This document shows, one piece after another, positions 27,084-36,798 of a DNA stretch of 63,270 nucleotides. The notes beneath the pieces were generated by a model. That model saw only the letters and a list, made by a program, of their open reading frames with translations. It was not told where the DNA came from and did no database searches. Source of the stretch: a virus. Taxonomy: Duplodnaviria; Caudoviricetes. Position 1 is the stretch's first letter. The number at the start of each line of letters is the position of its first letter. The translations under genes were made by a program, and so were the position numbers. Location of the stretch: IMG/VR virus record IMGVR_UViG_3300024264_002146, positions 1 through 63,270 of that record; one strand, written 5' to 3'.

Positions 27084-27842
27084 ATGGCAGAATTAGCAAC
27101 ACAAAAGCAAGAAATATTTGATTACGTTAATACGTTCCTAGGTGGTGGGATGGTTGATGTTGAACTTGATCCTATCCACTACCAAACTGCACTTAAAAAA
27201 GCATTAAGCCGCTTTAGACAACGTAGTGATAATAGTGTTGAAGAATCCTATATATTCCTTACAACAGTTGTTGATCAAAACGAATATGTACTACCAAACG
27301 AAATAATGGAAGTACGTAAACTATTTCGCAGATCAATAGGTTCTAGAACTGGTGGCGGAGACGGCGGCAGTATGTTTGAGCCATTTAATCTAGCGTACAC
27401 AAACACTTATTTGTTATCAGGTTCTAAGATGGGTGGATTAGCAACATACGATTTATTTTCACAACATCAAGAACTAGTAGGTAGAATGTTTGGTTCATTT
27501 ATTGAATTTACATGGAACAATACGAGCAAAAAACTTACTCTTCTACAGCGTCCTAGAGCAGAAGAAGAACTTTTACTTTACTGTTATAACTATCGTCCAG
27601 ATAGTGAAATACTAAACGACTATCTTGCAAGTCAGTGGATTAAAGACTATACCCTTGCTAGTTGTAAATATATGTTAGGTGAAGCACGTTCAAAGTTTGC
27701 TACGATTGCAGGTCCACAAGGCGGCTCAACACTAAATGGCGATACTCTTAAAGCCGAAGCACAAACTGAAATGGATAAACTAGAAGCAGAGGTGTCCATG
27801 GCAGTACCGGGCGGCACAGGCTACGGCTTCTTAATTGGCTAA
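27084..27842 (+). CDS. Neck / head-tail adaptor protein (T4 gp13-like)
   Basis: LGGGMVDVELD, WIKDY, KF...GPQGG.TLNG motifs. Start set at ATG 27084 (GGAG RBS, downstream of the promoter). Confidence 0.8.
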   Translation: MAELATQKQEIFDYVNTFLGGGMVDVELDPIHYQTALKKALSRFRQRSDNSVEESYIFLTTVVDQNEYVLPNEIMEVRKLFRRSIGSRTGGGDGGSMFEPFNLAYTNTYLLSGSKMGGLATYDLFSQHQELVGRMFGSFIEFTWNNTSKKLTLLQRPRAEEELLLYCYNYRPDSEILNDYLASQWIKDYTLASCKYMLGEARSKFATIAGPQGGSTLNGDTLKAEAQTEMDKLEAEVSMAVPGGTGYGFLIG

Positions 27843-27846
27843 CAAA

Positions 27847-28467
27847 ATGAATGATTTTCATACCATAAAAACAGCAGACGAAGTGCCGGGCTGGACTAGT
27901 ACTCAACAACATAACAAGTATAAAGATATAGCAGAACAATTACCTAAAAATCCAAGAGTTTTAGAAATTGGATGCGGTTGGGGACGTAGTACATGGGCTT
28001 GGTTAGATGCATTGCCAGCAACAACAGACTACTACATTTTAGATAATTTTTCTTTACAATTAGGTAATACTTTAAGAAAAAAAAACTGGTTGAAAAAATG
28101 GCCACATATAAACGAAAAAGCTAGAAAAACAAAAAATCTAACTCAAAGAAAAATATTTGATGGATTGATATCACAACATCCAAATAAAGATATTATAAAA
28201 ACAATATGGCATATGAATGGAGAGGATTGGTTGCAAAGCAATCATTTTACAAATAATTTTGATCTAGTTTATCTAGATGATGATCACAGTTTTAATGCAG
28301 TATCTACTTGGCTTAACACATTCAAAAACGTGCCTATAGTTTGTGGAGATGATTATAATATCAAATGTTTCCCTCAAGTTATAGAAGCAGTTAATAATTA
28401 CACAATTGAAAATGAAAAATATTTGTTAGTGCCAATAAGTTGTTTTTATGTTATAAAAAATTCTTGA
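27847..28467 (+). CDS. Class I SAM-dependent methyltransferase (Methyltransf_24-like)
   Basis: VLEIGCGWGRST, FDLVYLDDDH and CGDDY motifs; start uncertain (27835 or 27847). Confidence 0.8.
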   Translation: MNDFHTIKTADEVPGWTSTQQHNKYKDIAEQLPKNPRVLEIGCGWGRSTWAWLDALPATTDYYILDNFSLQLGNTLRKKNWLKKWPHINEKARKTKNLTQRKIFDGLISQHPNKDIIKTIWHMNGEDWLQSNHFTNNFDLVYLDDDHSFNAVSTWLNTFKNVPIVCGDDYNIKCFPQVIEAVNNYTIENEKYLLVPISCFYVIKNS

Positions 28468-28492
28468 CAATTGCAGCTATCTGTAATATACT
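28464..28492 (+). promoter_or_regulatory. sigma70-type promoter
   Basis: TTGACA-N17-TATACT upstream of the kinase gene. Confidence 0.8.
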
Positions 28493-28519
28493 GTAATAAC
28501 AATGTAAAGAGGATATCGT

Positions 28520-29080
28520 ATGTTACCTAAACTACTAATTGTCGGTCACGGCCGTCATGGTAAAGACACTGTGTGCGAAGTACTACAAGATTACGGATAC
28601 ACGTTTCAGTCTAGTTCTAAATTTTGTTCGGAACTTTTTATTTTTAATGACTTAAAAGACAAGTACGGTTATGCTGATGAAGAAGAATGTTTTAAAGATC
28701 GACATCATCATCGCACTGAATGGTATAATATGATTCACAACTATTGCAAAGATGATCTAGCACGACTTGGTCGTAATCTATTTTCAGAAAATGACATTTA
28801 CTGTGGCCTGCGTAATAAGCGCGAATTCTTTGCAATGCAAAATGAAGAAATATTTGACTATGCTATTTGGGTAGACAGAAGTGATCATTTACCTCCTGAA
28901 TCAAAAGACTCAATGAGCATTGAGCAATGGATGTGTGATTATACTATTGATAACAATGGCGACTTGGCAAGATTAAAACTAAATGTTGATATTCTTATGC
29001 GTACTATGTTTAGAAATCTGGGCGTAAGTCTCCCTGTTTCCACCGCACTTCGGTTTTCTGCAGAATACGTTGACAGTTAG
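28520..29080 (+). CDS. P-loop deoxynucleoside monophosphate kinase-like protein
   Basis: N-terminal GHGRHGKDT Walker A, R..E motif and D..IDNNG; GAGGA RBS. Confidence 0.75.
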   Translation: MLPKLLIVGHGRHGKDTVCEVLQDYGYTFQSSSKFCSELFIFNDLKDKYGYADEEECFKDRHHHRTEWYNMIHNYCKDDLARLGRNLFSENDIYCGLRNKREFFAMQNEEIFDYAIWVDRSDHLPPESKDSMSIEQWMCDYTIDNNGDLARLKLNVDILMRTMFRNLGVSLPVSTALRFSAEYVDS

Positions 29081-29345
29081 CACAAATTGTTTTTAAGTTG
29101 TTAGGACGACAGTTTTCTAAATCACCATCTATATGATATACATTAAACTGTTCGTCGTGTTTAGATTTAAATCCACATTTTTCGCATTCGTTCTTTTTTA
29201 TATATCCACGTTGCTTCCATAGTGGTACGCCGTGATTAACTCCATTTCGTAGACACTTGCCACATAGTTTACGATAATAAGTTCTACCTTCTTTTTTATA
29301 ATTTATTGCTGCTGGTTGTTGCCCGCATTTACATAATGGTCTCAT
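29010..29345 (-). CDS. Zn-binding HNH-like protein
   Basis: Several CxxC pairs plus HIDGDLENCRPNNLKTICANC. Confidence 0.75.
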   Translation of the reverse strand: MRPLCKCGQQPAAINYKKEGRTYYRKLCGKCLRNGVNHGVPLWKQRGYIKKNECEKCGFKSKHDEQFNVYHIDGDLENCRPNNLKTICANCQRILQKTEVRWKQGDLRPDF

Positions 29346-29348
29346 ATT

Positions 29349-29421
29349 GTATTTACCTTGCCTTTTTGGTGCCTTTTTTTCATTGATATTGGGTATGATT
29401 TTAGATCATATTGGTAAATAC
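29349..29421. promoter_or_regulatory. Divergent late promoter pair (GGTAAATAC on each strand)
   Basis: GTATTTACC at 29349-29357 (minus strand, HNH gene) and GGTAAATAC at 29413-29421 (plus strand, sheath). Confidence 0.7.
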
Positions 29422-29455
29422 TAGTAGAGAACAATATCCAACAGGAGAAAAGAAA

Positions 29456-32400
29456 ATGGCATTAGTATCACCAGGCGTAGAAGTCAGCGTAATTGACGAG
29501 TCTTTCTACACACCAGGGGCAGCTGCTACAGTACCGATTATATTTGTTGCAACTTCAGCTAACAAAACAAAGGCATCTGGCAGTGGTGTTGCTCAAGCTA
29601 CTCTAGCAGCAAATGCTGGGAAGGCTTACTTAGTCACTAGTCAAAGAGAATTAGGTGACTTATTCGGAGATGCAGTATTTGAGTCAGACAACAATGGCAA
29701 TATGATACATGCAGGAGAATTAAATGAATATGGATTAAACACTGCATATTCATTATTAGGCGTAACGAACCGTGCTTATGTAGTAAGAGCAGATGTTGAT
29801 TTGTCAGAACTTTCTCCTACTACAAATGCACCAGGCGGCGAACCTGCTGACGGAGCTTATTGGTTTGATACAACAAATACATCGTTTGGCATTTTAGAAT
29901 GGAACGGCGAAGCTGTAACTACAACAAACGGACAATCTTTTACTCCTGCAATAATAAGAGTAATTACTGAATCTACCGAGTTAGATGGTAGTGTACCTAA
30001 GGCGTCAGTTGGAGCCGTAGGCGAATATGCTATTGATGCAACTTCAGATATGAATCGTTTGTTTTATAAGGCAACTGGTAATGCTAACGGAGTTAATGCA
30101 GGTGAATGGGTAAGTGTTGGTAGTGATAAATGGGCAGCTAGTTGGCCTGCTATAAAAGGCACTAAGCGTAGTCCTGTTTTAAATAATGGCGACGAAATGG
30201 TAATAAATGGCACTACTGTAGTACTAAGTGGTACATCAATTGCACAGCTTGCAACTAGTATCAATAACGAAGGTATAACAGGTGTAAGTGCAGCAGCAGT
30301 TGACGGCGTCCTTGAAATTTATGGAGATAGCACTTCGGCTTCAAACGGTGTCAATGCAGACGGACTAATTGCAATTAACGGCGGCACAGGCTCTTTAACA
30401 GGGTTGGCTGATTCAGTAGATGGCGGCACAGGCATATTAAACGGAACGTATAGTATTCCTCGTTTATCAATTGATCCACATACTAGTGTACCTGCGTACA
30501 AAACAAATGATAGTGTTCCTGCACCTACAGGAAGTATATGGGTTAAAACTACTACTCCTAATGCAGGAGCAAACTGGAGAGTCAAACAGTACAACGATGA
30601 CACACAGCTATGGAACAATGTAAATGCTCCAATGTATACAAGTAATGAATCTGCATTGTTTAATTTAGATGCAGCTGGCGGTGGCGCAAATTTATTTGCA
30701 GGCGATTTGTATATCAAAGCTAATGTAGATGAACTAACTCCTTCTGTTGTAGATTTTAAAATTCATTACAGAGTTTCAAATGAAGCAACATCTATTTCTT
30801 CAGGAAAGATTGAAACACAACTTACTACAGGAACATATGCATTCGATATTGCAGAAACTACCGTAAATAGTTTAGCATTATCTAGTAAAACAGTAAGTGT
30901 TAGTATAGCAGGTAGTACATCTGCAGATGCAGACACTATTGCAGGCGCGATCAACGCAGCTAATTTTACAAATGTAGTTTCTTATGTAAATGCAGCTAAC
31001 AAAGTTGTAATCGAACATAAAACCGGTGGTGACATACGTATTAAAGATACCGGCGGACTTTTGACAGCAATGGGCTTTATTGGAATGCTAGGCGATAGTA
31101 GTAACTCAGCCACTGCTACACCTAATCTTTATAGAGCACCGGATACAGGCAGTGACGGTTGGTCAGTATCGGTAGATGGTTGGATTGCATCAAACTGGCA
31201 GCCACTAACTTACACAGCATCTACCAGTGAACCTTTAGCTCTAACAACATCAGGACAGCGTTGGTACAATCCAACTATCGACGATGTAGATATTATGATT
31301 CATGATGGTACTGCATGGGTTGGTTACCAAAACTATAACACTGATTATCAAGATACAAATGCAACAGGACCAATAGTTTCTGCATCTAGACCAACAGAGC
31401 AAACAGATACATCTGATTTAGTAGATGGCGATCTATGGATTAGCACTGCTGATTTAGAAAACTTTCCGTTAGTTTATCGTTATAATGGTACTAGTGAAGA
31501 GTTTGTTTTAGTTGATAAAACAGACCAAACTACTGAAAACGGTATCTTGTTTGCAGATGCACGTTGGAGTACAACAGGTGGCGCAACAACTGGACCATAC
31601 GAGGCAGCAGACATTGACGAACTATTAGTAAATGACTACCTAGATCCAGATGCACCGGATTCAGCACTATATCCTAAAGGTATGTTACTTTGGAACACAC
31701 GAAGAAGCGGTTTCAATGTTAAGCGTTTTGAACGCAACTATATTGATGTAGATACAGCAAACGTTCGTTTTGTAGTAGATGATCCTAACAGTGCCAATCC
31801 AGATGATGTAATTGATGAGCCAATGGCAGATTATTATCCACACAGATGGGTTACTGACTCAGGTAATAACCCAGACGGTTCGGGAACATTTGGACGCTTT
31901 GCACAGCGTAAATCAGTTGTACAATCATTGCAAGCAATGGTTAACGGCAACCAGGATATACGCGATGAAGAGTCACGTCAGTTTAACTTAATTGCTACTC
32001 CAGGTTATCCAGAGTTAATAGGTGAAATGATTACACTAAATTATGACAGACGATTAACAGCGTTTGTTGTAGGAGATACTCCAGGACGACTAACACCAGA
32101 TGCAACTTCATTAAATGAGTGGGCAAACAATATTAAAGGTGCTCTTGAAGACAATGATTTAGGTGCAGTAAGCAGAGACGAATACTTGGGTATGTATTAT
32201 CCATGGGGATTCTCAAGTGATAACTTTGGCAACAATGTTGCTGTACCACCAAGTCATATGTCACTAAGAACACTAGTATTGAATGACCAAGTGGCATTCC
32301 CCTGGTTTGCACCAGCAGGTACTAGACGTGGCGGAGTTACAAATGCTACAAGCTCAGGTTATGTTAATAACGAAGGTGAGTTTATAGGTATTTCTCTAAA

Positions 32401-32836
32401 TACAGGACAGCGTGATACACTTTATAGTAACTCAATTAACCCAATTACGTTTATTAGCGGCGCTGGATTAGTTGTATTTGGACAAAAGACTCGCGCAAGA
32501 AACGCAAGTGCATTGGATCGTGTTAACGTAGCACGTTTAACTGTATACTTACGTGGACAATTAGAGTTACTAGCAAGACCGTACTTGTTTGAACCAAATG
32601 ATAAGATCACACGTGATCAAATCAAATCAGCAGCTGATCAGTTACTAATTGAACTTGTAGGGCTGAGAGCACTATATGACTTCTTAGTTGTATGTGACGA
32701 ATCAAACAATACACCTGCTAGAATAGATAGAAATGAATTGTATCTAGATATTGCAATTGAACCTGTAAAAGCAATTGAATTTATTTACATTCCATTAAGA
32801 CTTAAGAATACAGGAGAAATTGCAGCTCTGGGATAA
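29456..32836 (+). CDS. Contractile tail sheath protein (gp18-like) with large insertion domains
   Basis: LVSPGVEV..IDES start; WFAPAG.RRG, RDTLY...INPI, GQKT, DRVNVARL, FEPND and IEFIYIP motifs. Start at ATG 29456 after AGGAG. Confidence 0.95.
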   Translation: MALVSPGVEVSVIDESFYTPGAAATVPIIFVATSANKTKASGSGVAQATLAANAGKAYLVTSQRELGDLFGDAVFESDNNGNMIHAGELNEYGLNTAYSLLGVTNRAYVVRADVDLSELSPTTNAPGGEPADGAYWFDTTNTSFGILEWNGEAVTTTNGQSFTPAIIRVITESTELDGSVPKASVGAVGEYAIDATSDMNRLFYKATGNANGVNAGEWVSVGSDKWAASWPAIKGTKRSPVLNNGDEMVINGTTVVLSGTSIAQLATSINNEGITGVSAAAVDGVLEIYGDSTSASNGVNADGLIAINGGTGSLTGLADSVDGGTGILNGTYSIPRLSIDPHTSVPAYKTNDSVPAPTGSIWVKTTTPNAGANWRVKQYNDDTQLWNNVNAPMYTSNESALFNLDAAGGGANLFAGDLYIKANVDELTPSVVDFKIHYRVSNEATSISSGKIETQLTTGTYAFDIAETTVNSLALSSKTVSVSIAGSTSADADTIAGAINAANFTNVVSYVNAANKVVIEHKTGGDIRIKDTGGLLTAMGFIGMLGDSSNSATATPNLYRAPDTGSDGWSVSVDGWIASNWQPLTYTASTSEPLALTTSGQRWYNPTIDDVDIMIHDGTAWVGYQNYNTDYQDTNATGPIVSASRPTEQTDTSDLVDGDLWISTADLENFPLVYRYNGTSEEFVLVDKTDQTTENGILFADARWSTTGGATTGPYEAADIDELLVNDYLDPDAPDSALYPKGMLLWNTRRSGFNVKRFERNYIDVDTANVRFVVDDPNSANPDDVIDEPMADYYPHRWVTDSGNNPDGSGTFGRFAQRKSVVQSLQAMVNGNQDIRDEESRQFNLIATPGYPELIGEMITLNYDRRLTAFVVGDTPGRLTPDATSLNEWANNIKGALEDNDLGAVSRDEYLGMYYPWGFSSDNFGNNVAVPPSHMSLRTLVLNDQVAFPWFAPAGTRRGGVTNATSSGYVNNEGEFIGISLNTGQRDTLYSNSINPITFISGAGLVVFGQKTRARNASALDRVNVARLTVYLRGQLELLARPYLFEPNDKITRDQIKSAADQLLIELVGLRALYDFLVVCDESNNTPARIDRNELYLDIAIEPVKAIEFIYIPLRLKNTGEIAALG

Positions 32837-32850
32837 TATGCGTACTTTAT

Positions 32851-32872
32851 AGAGTGGGAGAAATCCCACTCT
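32851..32872 (+). terminator. GNRA-loop hairpin after the sheath gene (terminator or processing/stability element)
   Basis: AGAGTGGGA-GAAA-TCCCACTCT; weak U-tract. Confidence 0.6.
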
Positions 32873-32879
32873 TAAATTG

Positions 32880-32887
32880 CATAAATA
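32880..32887 (+). promoter_or_regulatory. Late promoter box (CATAAATA)
   Basis: Upstream of the tail tube RBS. Confidence 0.65.
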
Positions 32888-32908
32888 CAACTGTAACAGG
32901 AGAAAAGA

Positions 32909-33556
32909 ATGCCAATTACAACCTTAACAAATATTTCGATCCCAACAGAAGATGGCGGCGGAAGCAACAGTTCGTTGTTAATGCCAAAATTACAATACCG
33001 TTTTAGAGTTTTATTTGAAAACTTTGGAACAACTGGTGGACCAGATGGAATTAGAGAAATCACTAGACAAGTAGTAGACGTTACTCGTCCAAATATATCT
33101 TTTGATCAAATGACAATCGATGCTTACAACAGCAGATCTTATCTTGCAGGTAAGCATACATGGGAACCAATCACATTAACATTACGTGAAGACGCAAATA
33201 ACAATGTGCAAAAAATTATTGGCCAACAGCTTCAAAGACAGTTTGACTTCTTTGAACAATCAAGTGCTGTATCAGGTGGTACATACAAATTTATCACTAA
33301 GATAGAAATACTTGACGGCGGCAACGGAGCAAATGGATCAGCAATTATTGACAGATTCCAGCTAGTAGGCTGCTATATTGAATCAGCAAACTATAACACA
33401 CTAGCATATGCAACAAGTGATGCAGTAACAACTTCACTTACAATTCGTTATGATAATGCAATACAGTTTGGTAGTGAAGAACAGTTTAGCGGTGTTGGCG
33501 AAGCTGTTACAAGAGCTGCACAAGATGCTATTGGCGGCACACAAGTTACTGGCTAA
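32909..33556 (+). CDS. Tail tube protein (gp19-like)
   Basis: Follows the sheath gene; PKLQYRFRV, AGKHTWEPITLT and LTIRYDNA motifs. Confidence 0.85.
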   Translation: MPITTLTNISIPTEDGGGSNSSLLMPKLQYRFRVLFENFGTTGGPDGIREITRQVVDVTRPNISFDQMTIDAYNSRSYLAGKHTWEPITLTLREDANNNVQKIIGQQLQRQFDFFEQSSAVSGGTYKFITKIEILDGGNGANGSAIIDRFQLVGCYIESANYNTLAYATSDAVTTSLTIRYDNAIQFGSEEQFSGVGEAVTRAAQDAIGGTQVTG

Positions 33557-33585
33557 TTAGTCTAAGTAATTGGTTATCTTATAAC

Positions 33586-33617
33586 AAAGCAGAGGTCTGT
33601 ACGATCTCTGCTTTTTT
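33586..33617 (+). terminator. Rho-independent terminator
   Basis: AAAGCAGAG...CTCTGCTTT followed by a T-run. Confidence 0.8.
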
Positions 33618-33641
33618 ATTATCTACGTGTTTTTTAGAATG

Positions 33642-33649
33642 GATAAATA
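33642..33649 (+). promoter_or_regulatory. Late promoter box, 5 nt before an ATG
   Basis: GATAAATA-TTACT-ATG. Confidence 0.7.
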
Positions 33650-33654
33650 TTACT

Positions 33655-34881
33655 ATGAGTTGGTGGTCAAGTTTAATAAAATCAAGAGATGTCAATACGC
33701 ACCTGCGCGATGCTAGGCATGCGCATAATTTATTCACACAGTATGGACATTTGTTTTCTCCTAAAACAAAATTCTTATATCATGTTGTTTTTGAACCTAC
33801 AGACGATGTTGATTTTTTTACAAACACAAGATTGTTTAACAAACAAATCGGTGTGTTAGTTAAAAGTGCAGATTTGCCTGGTTTTAGATCAAGCATAGAA
33901 AATAAACAACAGTACAACAGAAAAAAGAATATGCAAACTAGGGTAGACTATCAGGATGTAAGAATAGTGCTACACGATGATAACCTAGGTGCTACTAGGT
34001 CAATGTTAGAAGAATATTACAGATTTTATTTTCAAGACGGAAATCATTCTATATCATCTAGTACTTCAACTACTGACGGTAGTTTTAATCCTAGAGACAA
34101 ATACTCACAACTAACGCCAAACTACGGCCTAAACAACTTTTATAAAAATCCATTTTTTTCAAATATTAAAATATATCAATTAAGTTTACAAAATTGGTTT
34201 AGTTATACATTAATTAACCCGTTATTAAGTGCATGGGATCATGGTGGAGTAGAATCGTCAGATGGATCTGGAATGAACGAAAATACTATTACTGTTGCAT
34301 ATGAAAGCGTTCTATATAATAATGGTATAGTAGGAGAGTTTAACGAACCTGTAGGATTCACCGATCCTGAAACAGGGTATGATAATACTCTTAGTCCATT
34401 AACTACTGAAGTAAGACCAAACGAAAATTATATTGTACCAATTTTAAATAAAATTACTGAGTCTGTGTTTAACTTTGATTTGCCAATGGGATCTAACAAT
34501 GTACGTCCTGTGCCAACGACAACATCAAGACAACTGCAAGACACTGCAACAACTCCTAGGACAAGTTCTACGATTCCTGGTTACTTTCTACCTACAAGAG
34601 ATACATTTAATCCAGGTATACCTGATGTATTTTTAAAACCAGGAGTAGTTAAGGGAGATCCCGAAACAACATTACAACGATTAAAAGACAACCCGACAGC
34701 GTATAACAGTTTTTTAGCAAAGGTTTTTAATACAGGTACAATTGAGGGAGTAAGCTACGAAGATTTTCTTTTACTACCTCCAGAACAAAAAACAACTATA
34801 CTATCAAATCTTGATACACTTATTTTAAATGGTGACTACAAATTGTTTACATTTATGAAAGCAGCATTAGAGGAAACATAA
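33655..34881 (+). CDS. Tail-tube-fold protein (baseplate tube initiator, gp48/gp54-like)
   Basis: PKTKFLYHV.F, VKSADLP, QYNRK, Y..V.I..HDD and AYESVLY pattern parallels the tube protein; follows gp19. Confidence 0.6.
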   Translation: MSWWSSLIKSRDVNTHLRDARHAHNLFTQYGHLFSPKTKFLYHVVFEPTDDVDFFTNTRLFNKQIGVLVKSADLPGFRSSIENKQQYNRKKNMQTRVDYQDVRIVLHDDNLGATRSMLEEYYRFYFQDGNHSISSSTSTTDGSFNPRDKYSQLTPNYGLNNFYKNPFFSNIKIYQLSLQNWFSYTLINPLLSAWDHGGVESSDGSGMNENTITVAYESVLYNNGIVGEFNEPVGFTDPETGYDNTLSPLTTEVRPNENYIVPILNKITESVFNFDLPMGSNNVRPVPTTTSRQLQDTATTPRTSSTIPGYFLPTRDTFNPGIPDVFLKPGVVKGDPETTLQRLKDNPTAYNSFLAKVFNTGTIEGVSYEDFLLLPPEQKTTILSNLDTLILNGDYKLFTFMKAALEET

Positions 34882-35246
34882 TGACAATACGCAGCAATAA
34901 TCCTAAACCTGTTTCATTGGATGAAACTCAAAAAATATTCAATAACTATTTCAAAGAAGAAATAACATTTCAACCAAGTGAAGTCTCGGCTGTTATAGGG
35001 TTTTTCTTAAAACGTGGATTTGAAAAAGTAGCAGCTATTAACACAGCAGCAATTTTTTTACAACAAGCTCAAATTGACAAAGTTCCCGCATTTAAGTTAT
35101 TAGATACACTTAAAGGTTTTGATGATGTACAGCTAACTGATGTAATATCACAAATATTAAACTTATATAGGTCAAAGACATCAAAATTAGGTTTTAAAAC
35201 TGTCACAGACACTGTTTTGTTTGATGAAAGAAATATAATATACTAA
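34881..35246 (+). CDS. Hypothetical protein
   Basis: 121 aa, translationally coupled (TAATG) at both ends. Confidence 0.7.
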   Translation: MTIRSNNPKPVSLDETQKIFNNYFKEEITFQPSEVSAVIGFFLKRGFEKVAAINTAAIFLQQAQIDKVPAFKLLDTLKGFDDVQLTDVISQILNLYRSKTSKLGFKTVTDTVLFDERNIIY

Positions 35247-35683
35247 TGCCACGATTTGCACAAGGTAAATTCAATTTAAAAAACCCACAAAAATATATAG
35301 GAACTAAGACTCCTACATATCGTTCAGGATGGGAATTTACCTTTATGAAATTTTGCGACGAGCATCCTAGTGTAAATCAATGGGCAAGCGAAGCAGTACG
35401 CATACCATATCGTAATCCGTTAACAGGCAAGCAGACAATATATGTTCCTGATTTTTTTATTGTTTATGCAGACAAGGGCGGTAAACAACGGGTAGAATTA
35501 ATTGAAGTTAAGCCTAAGAATCAAGCAGTAAAAGAAAAACTAGGGCGTAGTAAACATAATCAAGCACACTATGTAGTTAATCAAGCCAAGTGGGAAGCAG
35601 CAAGAGCGTGGTGTAAACAAAAGAAAATCTTTTTTCGTATTGTTACTGAAGACGATATATTTCATAATGGTCGTAGACGATAA
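35246..35683 (+). CDS. Head completion nuclease (T4 gp4 / TnsA-N-like PD-(D/E)XK)
   Basis: NP.KY.G, YRSGWE, WASE, YVPDF, IEVKP, NQAKWEAA and TEDD motifs. Confidence 0.88.
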   Translation: MPRFAQGKFNLKNPQKYIGTKTPTYRSGWEFTFMKFCDEHPSVNQWASEAVRIPYRNPLTGKQTIYVPDFFIVYADKGGKQRVELIEVKPKNQAVKEKLGRSKHNQAHYVVNQAKWEAARAWCKQKKIFFRIVTEDDIFHNGRRR

Positions 35684-35712
35684 ATAATAGTAGTATATAA
35701 TGGAAAGTTTAA

Positions 35713-36210
35713 ATGACTAAAAAATTAGAAGACCTGTTAAATTTACCTGATTCTAAAGAAATAATAGAGCAGGCTGAAGCGCAAGAAGTACAACAGTCTA
35801 AACACGACCTAGAACGTGAAGAAACATTTCGTGATATTGCCGAGTTTGATAAAATTACTGCGGCACTGCCAAGTGTAAAAGGCCTAGGCGAAGCAGCTGA
35901 TAAAGAGCTAAATGAAGTAGCAGATAAAGCAATGCAAGCATACGAGGATCTTATGGATTTAGGTATGAATGTTGAAAGTCGTTACAGCGGTCGTGTATTT
36001 GAAGTTGCAGGCGGCATGTTAAAAACTAGTTTAGATGCCAAAACCGCTAAACTAGATAAAAAGTTAAAAATGATTGAGCTACAACTTAAAAAAGAAAAAA
36101 TGGATAAAGAGTCACGCAACGATGACGGTATTATAAACGGTGAGGGTTATGTAGTAACAGACAGGAACAGTCTACTTGAGCGTTTAAAAGGACTAGATAA
36201 AGATAAATAA
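35713..36210 (+). CDS. Helical hypothetical protein, possible terminase small subunit
   Basis: 165 aa coiled-coil with RVFEVAG and VTDRNSLL; preceded by a late box at 35679-35686; near the terminase. Confidence 0.45.
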   Translation: MTKKLEDLLNLPDSKEIIEQAEAQEVQQSKHDLEREETFRDIAEFDKITAALPSVKGLGEAADKELNEVADKAMQAYEDLMDLGMNVESRYSGRVFEVAGGMLKTSLDAKTAKLDKKLKMIELQLKKEKMDKESRNDDGIINGEGYVVTDRNSLLERLKGLDKDK

Positions 36211-36236
36211 TACATATAGAATAGGATCAATGCGCA

Positions 36237-36794
36237 ATGAGATCATTTAAAGAAATACTTACTGAGTCTAAAAAGACTTATGAATTTAAAATAGGTGTTG
36301 CTGGACCTTTACCAGAAGGGTTTGAGGACAATATGGAAACATGCTTAAAGAAATTTAAAGTGTTAAACATGACTTCAGGCAAAAAGACACCAATACAAGA
36401 ACGTCCACTAGACTTTCCGCAGTTACAAAATATGGAAGTTACATATTTTGAAACAGAACTAGAATATCCAACTACTAGTCAAGTACTACAAGAATATGTA
36501 GCAAAATGTTGCAAATGTGACCAAGCGCATATAATTGTACGTAATGCAAATGATCCTAGAGAAGAATATCAAGAAATGAAAGACGATGAACCATACGAAG
36601 CAATATTAGACACGGAAGATATGGCCGGCGAAAACGCTCAAGATAACGTTGCAGGTAGTCGTGTAATGGACTTACTTAAAGAATTAGAAATCGCCCGCAA
36701 AGAAAATGAACACAGTGGTGCAGAAGGTGCACCAGTTGGAGAGTCATCAGACATCGGCGATACTGAAAATACTAAAGCAGTTGTGGGAGGCTGA
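36237..36794 (+). CDS. Hypothetical protein (possible head-associated)
   Basis: Starts MRSFKEILTES, similar to T4 capsid-targeting leaders; late box at 36202-36209. Confidence 0.6.
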   Translation: MRSFKEILTESKKTYEFKIGVAGPLPEGFEDNMETCLKKFKVLNMTSGKKTPIQERPLDFPQLQNMEVTYFETELEYPTTSQVLQEYVAKCCKCDQAHIIVRNANDPREEYQEMKDDEPYEAILDTEDMAGENAQDNVAGSRVMDLLKELEIARKENEHSGAEGAPVGESSDIGDTENTKAVVGG

Positions 36795-36798
36795 TAAA

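Noticed and set aside
29010-29345. HNH gene as a mobile homing endonuclease or intron
   Set aside because: Short, free-standing, has its own late box and does not interrupt any gene.
35246-35683. TnsA-like nuclease as a sign of a Tn7 element
   Set aside because: No tnsB/tnsC or transposon ends; motifs and context match the T4 gp4 head completion protein.
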